Source: Tubiluchus corallicola
Taxonomy: Eukaryota > Animalia > Priapulida
Reading direction: 5' to 3'
NCBI GenBank assembly: GCA_030141605.1
Contig: JAQGDQ010000013.1
Span: 758,447-822,446, forward strand
DNA: 64,000 nucleotides
The notes beneath the pieces are model-generated. The model searched no databases. It had not been told where the DNA came from and saw nothing but the letters and a program-made list of their open reading frames with translations. Within the stretch, counting starts at the first letter, position 1; each line of letters opens with the position of its first letter. A program made the position numbers and the translations under genes. Shown here one piece after another: positions 11,256 to 24,200 of this stretch.

Positions 11256-12265
11256 TCAGGCATAACTATGACTAGTTCTATGACGTAGATTGCACTTGTT
11301 AGCATGATATGTAGGATACATAACTCTTGTGGTTATTAATGCCGAACCTAAGCAGACTCTAACAGGTGCCGTACTGCTACCCGGTAGTGTGAGCAGCAAT
11401 GTACCAACTGCTGCAATACCGTCGTCTGTAGGTTCAAGAGCAACGGGTTGAACACTGAAAGTTTTTCTTTTTTCTTCCGCTTGTATCACGTCTTGCCCGA
11501 CTAATGTCACGGCGTTTGACCTCGGAGGGAATGGAACGACGTAGTCATCTGGTTCGTCGTTACACAGGTTAGAGATAAGCACCTTGCCGAATGGACGACT
11601 GGCCATGTGCTCCATTTGCATTGCTCTGATTTGCCGGTCTCGACGTACATCGGACGCTTGCTTCACTTTCCACAATACGACGCACAAAGCGAGAAAGAGA
11701 AAGAATGCGGAGAAAAACACGGAGAAGAACACGAATAAGTCTATGTGTGGCTGATCCTGCTGGAAAAAGAGGCTTCCATAATTTCCATTTTCTTCCCTTC
11801 CGTACACGACAATAAAGAACTTTGTGGTGTCTAATTTGTGCGTCAAGTACGGCAATGTCACAACCAGCCTGTACTTCACATTTTTGACTAAGAGCACAAA
11901 TTTAGCATATTCAACATTTACAAACGTGTGGTAGGATTTGGCCGAGACGTCTTTCAACCAGAATGTATTGCCAAGTTTAGTAGAATATCGTACGTCGCGT
12001 TTTTCACGCTCATCGGAATACGAACCTTCATTTTCACGCTTGTCCTCGTAATATTTTACCATGTAATCGCTGCTGTAAACGATTTTGTGACCACCGTTCT
12101 CGTTAAATACCTTAAATAAATGTTCCGACGGGGCAATGTATACGTCGACCGTACCGTTTGAAACGTCGATGGTCAGACGTATGTCCACATTTTTATAATT
12201 TGGTTGTACAGCAAAGAAAACAGCTCTGTTTGTTGGTAACGGATGTCGCCTTGCAATGCATTCAC
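11256..12265 (-). CDS. MEGF8: MEGF8 last coding exon (TM helix, cytoplasmic tail)
   Basis: [18 protein letters not shown]...[31 protein letters not shown]...MASRPF...[17 protein letters not shown]...CLGSAL; stop TGA. Confidence 0.95.
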
Positions 12266-15200
12266 CTGAAATTAGCATCAGATAAGGTATATAACAAAGA
12301 AAATCTCAATCATGTATGACTCCAAGTATCTTACCGAAACTGAACTTACAAACAGAAATGCAGTGATACAAAATTATTCATGAAAAATTATAATACAAAA
12401 AGGACGAGAAGGTTTTCTAGTATAGAACCTCAAGTTTTATGGAGTGACTTACCTTAGAAAATGTGTTATAATGTTTTTGGATTTAAGTATCCTTAATGGT
12501 TAATGTTTAAAGATCATAATGCTTCATTAAAAATAAACAAATTTTATTTTGTAGATATTTTGTTGCCAATATTTCATTATAAAATTAAATGTAATTTTGT
12601 TAAAGTAAATTCAAACGTGGTTTAACATTTTGGTTGATTGGGCCTGGAGACCCTAAAGGTTCACAGCAGTCAACCCTGAAGATACGCCACATTGCCTGTA
12701 AAAGTAGGTCACAAACTGTAATGTAAACAAAATTTTTGCTGTATTTGAACTAATTTAACCAAGATTTTTCGGGGTTTTTGACATTTAGGAAAAAAGAAAA
12801 AGTAAATTGGATAAATACTACAAAAACCTCAGAAAAATGCTTCCGAAAATTATCAGAAATTTCGACTTTGAAATTTAATAAATTTTGCCAAAACCGAAAG
12901 TGCAATTATCGGCAAAACCGAAACGGAAATAACATCCGTTTTGGCTTATTTGCAAATGCTTAGTACAGATGTCACAAGTTTTAAAAATGGTTAGTTAAGT
13001 ATAATTACGTATTTTCCTGATTAAATAAATGAAAAGAGACTGATAACTGTATAAAAACAAGTATCAGTGGACTGTGGTCTTGTAAATTACTGGGCCAACT
13101 CAAATAGTACACACCAACAATCAAACAGGTTTACCTTGTGTGTGCGGATCAAAGCAGTACAGACCCCTATCGTGCTGCATTTGCCTGTAACACTGCTTCC
13201 CATTTGTAGGACTTCCCAAATAAAATTCTTTACAGTTAGCACACTGCAAGAAAGAAAACTGTTTGTAAACTATTCGTTTTTTCATTGACAATTTTCACGG
13301 ATACTATAGTTTCATTTGCAAAAACATTACATATTGCAATATGATGCTCAAAGCCAATGATTATTATAAAAGTGATATCTAATGTTTACTATAATCAAGC
13401 AAGTGCGACTGTAAGCAGTTTGATGCCCCAGGCAAAAGTATTTTTAGCGTCCCCCCTCAACAGTCAATCCCTTCCCCCACGGTCCCCAACACACCTCCAA
13501 AATAAAATTTTTCTTGTATGATATGATAATAAACCAGCGGTTCCTGTGTGTTAGGCTTATAGTTTACTAATTAGTGTAGTCAATTACCTGCCTACAGCTT
13601 GTGTTGCGTTAATTGAAATGGAAACTGAATTTATGATGCCACTGTACATCCTGGGTTTTCAGGTGAAATCAAATTTCTGCAATTTCGTTTAGTCTTGTCT
13701 AGATTTTAACTCATGAGAAAATTTTGGAAACTCCCCTTTTTCACTTACATATCCATTCCACTAGCTTCATCACCTTCACAACCGTAACTCTGGTGTGTTT
13801 TAAAATGCTTGATTAGCGAATGTTTTCGCTATTCATCGTCGCCACTGGTCAGCCTTTTTGCTTTTTGTTGCGTGTATGCCGAAGAGTTTTGTTCTTATAG
13901 GCTTATTTGCGATATAAACGATATGCTAAGAATTTTTAACAGTAAACTCATTTTGTTGTTGTTAGCATCCTTCTGTCTCGCAAGACAATGGAGTGTGCGG
14001 CAAGAGAGTCAGTTATTGATCACATTGATGGAGCTGCAGCGTCGACTGTGGCTGAGCAGTCCGATCCTTGAACCACTGGAGTGGCCTCTCCAGGGTGTTT
14101 GGAGGTCCTGAGTTGCCCAAACAACAGGAGTCTGCTCTGTTCCTCCCTGGTGCAGTCCAAAGGAAAGCGGAGCGATAGTGCACTGCACTGGTCCGCCTTC
14201 AGGGCTCTACTCCTGATTTGGAAGGTTTACTGGCCATTGGGTCACTTGACTGCCTCTGCCCTCTAGCCGTTGGCTGTTTGTGCAGCTCCTCCGCCTAGTG
14301 TTGAAATACAGTGTTGGCATCCCGCAAGCCAACAGCACCTGGTATTCCTAGGCGGTCACCCATCCAAGTACTAACCAGGCTCTGTGTTGCTTAACTTTGG
14401 TGATCAGACGAGAACCAGTGTTTTCAACGTGATATGACAGTAAACACATTACTATAAGCAATTACTTAACTCTACTGCTCTGTACATACAATAGAAACAG
14501 CAGGCATTTCTCTTAATTACTGTTGTGCACTTAATGAATTACACATAAGCTACACCAAAATGTTACTTAGGCTAAAACTCAAAATTAAAGAATAATTTCC
14601 GGAATTTGGCAACCTAGGTAACAGCCTAGTTTGTCTTAATGGTCGAGCCGGCCCTGTAACATTATAGGCTTGCAAAGTCTACGTATCCTAAAATATGTAC
14701 AACAGGGAAATGCAAAAATCAAGCAGCCTCTTCTTATTATACATCTTCAAAAAAAAACTACACAGCACTGGAATAATTCAAACATATTTCAACATTCATG
14801 AAATCAGCGCACGTAACTGAGGCTTTGACAAATGTAGCATTTCAACAAAATCTATATACATAAACAAAGTTTACCTGATATTTATGGCAGTCACTGTGTT
14901 CTCTTTTACAATTTTTAGTCTCCGTGTTGTTATGGCAGTTGCAGTTGCTTCCGGACTCTGGATCACATGTATCACCGTGTCCATTACACTGACATCTATA
15001 GGACAAATATCTTACTAAAGGCTGTTGGGCAATCTTTGAAAAATATTTTTATAAAAAATAAGACAGCATTTGCACTTTTACAGGGATTGTTAGAAATTAT
15101 CATAGATTAAATGAATTAGGCAAAATTTATTTGTCTCAGGTTCAAATGTTTTTCGTTAAGTTAGGCTGGGAGGATATAACAATTTTGATTTCCAAACATA

Positions 15201-18200
15201 AACTTCAAGGTGTCAAAATTGACTCTTAAAGTGAAAACTATTTTCACAGAGCAAAACACTTGTAATTGAAAAGGAGAAGTTCTTACGGTTTGCACGGCTC
15301 TGATTTGTCCTTTATTCCATAAGGTCGGAAGTAACCTGGTTTACATTTTTCACACTTATCTCCTGTGGTGTTGTTTTCACATTTCAGGCATATAGCGTCG
15401 TCCTTTGGACCTTGCTTTACAAAGTGTTCAATCTAAGAATGAAGACAACAGAAATATTAATAGCACTGTGGCGGTTCGGAGTAGTGGAGGTGCAGCTTCA
15501 GAAAATTTTTAGCCATTGTTTTAATAATGTATAAAATGAAACAAACATATGTAATTTTATTGTTGTAATTTGTAATTGTAATTTTAAACAAACAAACAAA
15601 CATATGGAAAATCATACATAAACTTGAAAAAATCCTAAACAAAAAATATTATTTGCTTAGGAATAGCCTAAATTGCTGCAGTTCAAGAGCTGGTACACAG
15701 TTTTTAAGCATGTAACAACTGACAATACACACTGTGTGAGCTCTTTCTACCTAAAGTGCAGCGTCTTATCTCAGACATGCGCGCATAACTGCCTGCACAC
15801 AACAGCCAAACATCACATTGCTTGAGCTGTGAGTGCACTTTGCTGGGCTGTGAAGTAAACAGTACTACACTCACGTGTCACCTGCTCGGAGCCGTACAAG
15901 TATAACGAAAGTACTAAAGAGAAAAGACTCATTATATTGAATATTATCGATAATATCGAGTGAAAATAGGATGTGCTGCAGTTGCACAATGGCTATACAT
16001 GAGCCGCCACTGAACAGCATTCAAGACGCGATGCTCAAGGATATTTCACAAGGGGAGCAAATGCTTTCTCATCATATTTTTCAAATTTTGCGTCTTTTCA
16101 ACAATTGAGTCATTATTTTGTTTTGTCAACCTGCCTCGTGTGTTTTTGAAATGAGCATGCATTTACACAACTCATTTGTCAAGGTTAAGTGATCGAACCA
16201 AGGATCAAATTACACTAAATCCAATTATTATAATAATACAAATTCTTGTCATATGATTGTCTAATGGTAAGCCTTTTAATATGATTATCTAGTGGGCCTT
16301 TTAAGTACAAAACAGTAATTATCTACTTCCTTTAAAAATGCATCTTCCCCGTGTTTTGATTTTAAACACAAAATTAAGCTGTATAATCGATGCATTACGC
16401 ATTGTTTTCTATGTGTCATGGCGCCTTTTTATGTCCTTACACCCCATAGTTTTAGAACCTGGATACGCCCCTGGGCAATAGAAAAAACTTTCATTGATAA
16501 TTGTATACCACTTTGTATAAACAAAATGTTAATGATAAAAGAGTTTAGAGTTTAATGCCAACTGTCCAATGAATTTAACTACGTCGTACAAAATGTATAT
16601 TTGTACACACAGTTAAGGCCCAGAATGAAAAGTTACCAAAAAATCAAATGATTTTTAATTACATAAATTTACATATAACTTCATCGGCTACATAACTATC
16701 TCTATATCTGCTATTAAAGCGATACCAACTTTTGTTCTCAATAAATGCTGCCACATTTTTGCAAGATATACTGCACTAAAGTGGTAATAGCAACTGTGTC
16801 GCCATCTACTAAAAGCTAGTGTAAAAACATATAAGAATTGTTACCTCGACAAGATTCAAAACACCACTTCGTGAATATATCTTCAAGGAACTATTGTGAA
16901 CGACGTCTGCACTGAGACACTTGGAAGCATGTCTGTTACAATAAATATTGCACGGCACGCAAGTGCCATTGTTTCTTGCATCACCAACGTAGTACCTTAA
17001 GCATTGTTCACATCTGTCACCCTGGTAGGAAAAACATATTAGATGCTGCTTTTAAATACATTTTGCTTCCCTTTTTTAAATGACAAAAATACTAGTTTTA
17101 ATGCAGTTTATACATGTGTGTGAGCACGAGCTAAAGTCAAAGTTTGTTTAACCAAAAAATTGAGAAAAATCACCTTTAAAGCAAAACTGAATACAATCTT
17201 AAACCGTAGAGCAAAACAATCTACTCTTTAAAATATTGAAAGGAAACACCAGTTTTTCAAAAAAGACTTATGTGAAAGAATTATTACTATGCAAACACAA
17301 TTTCACATTCGCGCCTAGCATTTTGAGATCGCATTGCACAAAAACAGGTGCTGTACCTCTGAATTCAGAAGTGTTAGTTTGTGACAAACTATACATGTTC
17401 GACACCTCATGCGTGAGCATAGCAGTAAATTTGTAATTTTAATTTTTATCTTAAAACTTGCCAAGTTTTAGTACGACACACTGAACATCTTATAGTAGTA
17501 CTGTACTTCAATTTTCGCTTTCGCGAACACGTGCAACATGCTCGCAGAACGCTTTTGAAAATTGTGTAAGTTTGTGATGTCATCAACAGTTGGGCTCGCC
17601 CGCAGTTAATTAAGATTTTAATGTGTAATTTAATTATGAACAATAGTTTTGCAGTATTAATTGCATTAAAATGTATACTTTTTACCATACTTGAAAATGG
17701 AGTAGTATATGAAATATCATCAGTCCTCCCTTAACAACATTCGCTACTATGCCTTCAACTTTATGACCATAGAAGTACAGAAATGTCATACTTTAATTCT
17801 TAGAAAAAGCTGCAAATAATTATGACCTCAGAGTTACACAAAGCTTAGAAATGCCGGTCATTAACATCGCCGACTGTCTTTTATCGTTAATTAATACACT
17901 TGACTAATTGTTACATGAACACTAATTGGTACACTTTGTCTTTTCCATATTGTACTTATGGGACTTTTTGTATTAGTTTTACTGTGTGTCCATAGACTGC
18001 AAATTAAATATGTTTAAACTATTAACATCATCAACATAATAATTAAGATCAGTGACGTAGCAACTGCTTGTGGCATCTAGAGGCAAAAAACTAAGAGGCC
18101 CTACCCCTTTAATGTTTCGTGGATGAAGCCACAAATTGTGCGAGTTTTTTCTGTTCTTGAGCCAGAGTTTCCGTTTTCGACATGGTGGGATAAACGATTT

Positions 18201-21200
18201 TTCTAAGAATTACCCTCAGTTTGATTCGTGGTACTACAGCAGAATAACTATTTTCTATGCATTAGTTGCGCATAACACGATAGTCCTTAAACATTCAGCT
18301 GCAGCATAAAAACATTGCAAGATTATGAAAGATACAGAACATTACAGGTTTTCACAATAATACAAAGAGAAATGCCAGTGTTTCTCCTAAAACTAAAGAT
18401 CTGCCAGCCACAGGACTCCCTACACACACTGTTAAGTATCAAAATTAGCCTTTTTCTAGGCTGTATACAGTAATTAAGTCAGTTAAATGATTTCTGACTA
18501 GGCAATTTTGTTGCAGTTTGAAAACTTTTGTTAATTGTTTTGCTAATGCCTGATTAGTAATTAACACTAATTAACACTGCCCAGAGGCAATTGCCTCCTG
18601 TCGCCCCACCTTGCTACGCCCGCGGATAACATACCTGCGTATTATTATGACACTGAAGGCAGTCATCCAAAGCGTTAACACCTGCACAGTTGGAATGTCC
18701 ATTGCAATTGCATTCTGCACTGCAGTTCTCTCCAACAAAACCAAAATGACAATCGCACAAGTTCGGACTCGTACAGTCGCCGTGTACGCAGCCTTGTTTA
18801 CATACCGGTTTACACGTACCCAACCTACAGAAATACGAAAATTGTTGAGACGAACTGAGAATTTCTACTAAAATTGCTGTTCCTTTTGCACCTAAAAATT
18901 ATGGACATACATATTACTGATGTGACAACACATAGTTTAACCCTTTCACTAATTAGTTGTTTTTTAACTGGGCCGCAAAGCATTTTTCACATCTGACAAT
19001 AACTTCTTGTGGTGTGTTACTAAAACAGAATCTTGTAAATAAATAAATATTCGTCTGTTATTAAACACTAACATTGAATATTGTTTTCTTTTGAACACAT
19101 GTACACACATACGTGCACACATGCATGCACTCGCACACCCACGGACATGAAAATCTTTGCAAATAAGCATATACTTATGTTTAGAAACTAATTTTCACAG
19201 TCATAATACTAATCCTTATTATGCAATCATTCATAAGAAATAAAGAACAAGTCGCTAATTATATGTTTCACTAACCATCAACAAGTGATTCTGTGCAAAA
19301 ACGTACCTTACAGTACAGTACAGTATTGTAGAATGCACCTGGATTTAGATGCTGATTGGCTAGCTAGAGAAGAAACCCCAATCCCACGGCTGTTAAACTG
19401 TTCTACATTTTTGCATGGCCATAACAGCAAAACAAACAGACCCGAGTGACTGCACTTAGTACTGAGCTTGGATGGCAGTCAATCGCGTTTCGTTCCTTGC
19501 ATGAAAAACATAGGCGGCAGTGTGCCACCTTCCGTAGTGAAAGGGTTAATGTGGTGCAAGTTCACGTTATAGCCCTACCATTTGTAAAATTACCCTTGCA
19601 AGATAGTGCACAGCCGTGTGCAGCCAATGGCAGAAAAATAAAATGTATTTTGCAGTCAATACAACTACCAAGTTATAATATCACTGAAACTTTTACTACA
19701 GAACTATGAGCAATATTGTGCTATCATTAAAAATGTTGCTATTTTTGTTGTTAAAATAGTGTTGCAAAGCATTCCTGGTTGAACTTTTGTTAGTTCACAC
19801 ATGATTTTTCTACTGGACAGGTAATATTATGACACTATGGATATGTTGTGCTACCTTTCACTTAATGTTTTTTCATAAAGTTTTAGTTGTTTTAAACTCG
19901 TCAAGTGTTGTAGTGTAATTGTCTAATGTCGCATAAACAGCTCAAACATACCCGCCGTCGAACCGGTATCCATCTTTACACTTGCATTTGAAACCATCTT
20001 TCAAGTCCACACAATCTTCTCTTTCAAGGTTGCAAGTGTGATGACCGTTCCTGCACTCATCTTCAGCCGGACAAGAGAAGTACGTCCAGTTCTGAGGGGA
20101 AGTGAACGTGTCCGTCCAGGGCACTCCATAATCTGCGCAGTTAAACATTACAGTAGCAACTTGTTACTTTCTACAAAATGATTACGTACAAAAGATTTCT
20201 ACGAAAATTATTTTATAAATTCTTGCAAACTATTGCATCCTTGGATACTCGGCCGTCGTATTATGGATTATTACTGTAGTTGATCAAAAGCCGGAAATTT
20301 CTTGAAATACTCAGCAACAAGTGTTTCCAAAGCTCAATGATTTCAGCCAGTATCCAATTTTACATAGTATTTTGTTATTCATCTATTTTAGTACTTTAGT
20401 CAGTTTTTAGTCTTGCTTAATTTTAAGGTATTATTTTCTATTTTATATTTTAATTAACACTAACATGCCAATGTTAATTGTGTGTACAATTTAATGTGTT
20501 CCATGTAAGAAATAAAATTCTATTCTGTTCTATTTTATTACCTTTGTACAGAGGTATCCTAGCACTGCACAGACTTAATGAACATCCATGTAACACAAGA
20601 CGGTGCTATACTAGGCCGGCCATAAAAAAATTTGTTTCTGTTTTATCTCATGAACTCAAAAGATGCCAGTAGGAAGGGAGGAAGAAATTTTTTTTAAAGC
20701 TTTGTGAATGTTTAAAGCTGAATTGTGGAATACTTAAAAACAGTTGAAATATGTTTATTTAGTTTGTTTATTTCCTACTATTTAGCAGTAATGTTTTAAG
20801 TTTTTTCAATGCACATTTTTCCACACTTTGTATTTTAGTTTTGCATTACTAAATTATCGTATAATTATCGACTATTGTATAGCCTCTTTTTTGTATCATG
20901 AACTTGTATGTTCTGATAATTACGGTATAAGCGACAACACTACTCGGCCATTAATACAGCGATAATCGCAGAAAATTTGATACTTTTTAGCCTCTAGTAC
21001 AATGAGCATCATATAAAACGGCAGCTCTGGCTGAGAGTTAACCATAGAAAGACATGGATGCACCCTGCATTCCCCAAAAGAACGATGTTATAAAAATTTT
21101 TGCGTTTTACGTTTTAAATTAAAAAATACGCTTTCATGTGACAGCGTCAAGTAAGCATGAGAACGTAAAAAAATGATAAAATCCCCAGCCGGGTGGGCAA

Positions 21201-24200
21201 CTAAAAATATTACCCTGATGATTCGATGGAAACAGAAGTATTTTTATTTTCTGCTTTAGTCATAGTTTTTGTGGTAAAATAGTAAACTCTTGATTACTGC
21301 TGACTTTTTGTTTGATGTCGAACTAATAGTAACACGATAAATTGTTTTTCTTCTGTTGTTAATAACAAAAGTCAAATTTGCTTGTTCACTCACCATGAAG
21401 GTTATGAATATTGACTGTAATGTTTCCAGTGCAGAAAGCTTTCTGTACAGGCCCATCTATACCACCATCTAAACAGTTTCCATAGCCGTTTAACTGAATA
21501 GCAGCGCACCAACCACAACTACAAAAGTAACAATCAAACACCTGAAAACTAGTGCGTCATGTGACTTATCTCCATCATTAGATTATGTTTTCTTCGTTGT
21601 TAGTTTGTTCTTTAGTTAGTTAGTTAACAAAATTACACAAAAACTACTTCACCAAGTTCTACAAATCTTTCTTAAGGGATGGGACAGTGGCGGCTCATCT
21701 ATAGGTACTATGGAACTGCAGCACCTAATATTTTCACCCAATATTATCGATTATCGATAATATTCAATATAATCAGTTTTTTCTTTAGTTCTTTTTTCAT
21801 ACTTGTATGGAACCAGAGTATGTGAGTGTAGTATTGTTTGCTTCATAGCCCAGCACAGTGTGCTCCAGCAAAGGTGGTGCACACATGTCGAACCCAAGTA
21901 GAAAAAGTACTGTCGCTCACACAGTTTGTTGTCATTTATCATATGCTTACTGTGAGTGAATGGATCAACCTTGAAATGAGACAATTTAGCCTATTAGTGG
22001 GGGGGGGGGGCACAGTAAAGCATGATAGATTTGCCACTGCTGCCAGGATACTTTAATGCATTAAACAGTTCTACACCATTACTTGGGCTTTTTGTTTTTT
22101 GCACCCCCTAAGTACCATGTAGTATTTAAAACAACTCAGCACATTGCAAATGTAAATCCAGCACTCCAAACCAAATTCATGTAGTTGTGGTGGAAATGGT
22201 ACCTAAATCACTATCAAGGCAAATCTTTTAAGATGAGCCGAGATGTGACGCAGGTGAATGTATCCTTTCTCAATGCAATAATGAAACAACCAACAGTTGG
22301 TATTGAAAACAGCGGTCACCTATTCAGATACTGACCAGGCTCAGCACTGCATACCTTCGGATTCTAAACACACATTATGCCTACTCGGCCGTTCACTGTC
22401 GCAAAAATAACAAATGATTATTACCAGTGATGAATGATAATACTGCCAATAAGAAACCTTGAAATATAAATGAAAAAATCTTCCTACCCGGGTTGACGAA
22501 GGCAGGTGGAACATTGATTATGCAACGAACACGCGGTGGGACACTGCTCACTCAATAGCAATGATGTGTCACGTTTTATCACAGCACCACATTCTCCAAA
22601 TACACAGCGGAGAGCAACATAGCCGGGAGACATGCACTGAAACATACGAATAGTAATTAATAAACAAACACAAAATACTAATTTTTGTTGTTATAATTAA
22701 TATCACTAATGAATCACAGACTATACAGCATAGAAGAAACAAAAAAGAAGTAGTATGGGCTCTAGAACATAAATATTTTGATTTTTTTTTGACAGGAATG
22801 AGTTGTACGCCATACTAACATATCTTACTCTCACTTAATTGTATATATTCACATTACTTGCTAATATTGTTAATTAATGTTATTTTGCTTGTTGATCTGT
22901 TTGTTTATTTGATGTGATTGTAATACGGGTACAAATAAAATTACATAGTGTGAAATTACTAATGCAGCATTCAGATCACGAGATATATGCAACAGAGAAG
23001 CACAATATATCAAACACTTTGAATAAACAGTTTGTGGTGCGTTAAATATTAAGCAGATGGACAAAAGATTGAAGCTGTTTAAGGAACATTACCAGTAGAG
23101 AGAGAGAGAGAGAGATTAAAACAAAATGACTTATTTTATAAAGTATAAACAAAAAGTAGTAGTCATAATTACATTAAGGTAAATATAACTGGTAATCTTT
23201 AGATTAAGTTAAACATTATAACTACTAAAACTTACGGGGTCATGCGATGGAAAACTGAAATATTATCAGCAGAAAATTCTTCATTTAAACAAACAGATTC
23301 AACACAAACTATTTTTAATTAAAACTGCCCAATTTCTTTACAATGTAAGTTATAAATGTGTTCTTTAATACACATTCTTGACATTTTGTCTTACCTGTTC
23401 AAAAAAATAGAAATTAGCAGAAGATTATTATACGAGTTTCATTCTTGCATTTGTTTCATTGTAGTACATCGTGTACTCGAAGACTGACTATGTTATAAAT
23501 TATAAACAGCTAAAAGCACAAGTATTTCATGATTTTTTAAGGTTTATCTTTCCAGATGAAAGTAGCGCACAGCAGCTTTATCTTGTTACTGCAGTGCTAC
23601 AGTAGAATTTTTTGTTATCATTTCAATGCTTGAGATTAAAGGAAAATTGGACGATCGATTAGACTCAATCTCATTTTAATTTACTGTCCAAAGTATAAAT
23701 GGCATATACTTTTTGCCTATAAAAGTTAGCAACTGTTCCTAGTATTTGAATAACTATTTTGGAAAGTTAATTATCGATGACCAAACATAGCTATCACTTA
23801 CGTCACAAACTAATCACAGTTTGTGCAATGGTAGGCGTTTTCCCTTGAGCATCGAGCACATTTGCATAAGTGTTACACTACTGTTTAAATGCATGACGTC
23901 ACGAAAAATGGGCTTTACATCATATGACATCAGAAACTAACACTGCAGTTCATGATCACGTTATCACGCTATCACCTTCTTTGTCGGCCACGCGAATGTG
24001 ACAAAAAGGCGCCGCTGCCAATCTTAGTAGATTCACTGAGCCGCGTGTAGCTTTGAAAGTTTAGCGAAATTTGAGTATCCGAGGTAATTATTATTTAATC
24101 TAAGTTTTGATTTAAAAAAAACCTGTTGTAGTTTTCAATATTTTAGAGCATTCTTTATTCTGAACTAATATCCACACAATTGTCTGGTTTTCCTTTAAGA

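Noticed and set aside
14326-14445. Functional 5S rRNA gene
   Set aside because: Single copy, the 5' end pairs poorly with the 3' end, there is no oligo-T terminator, and it lies within a TSD-flanked element.
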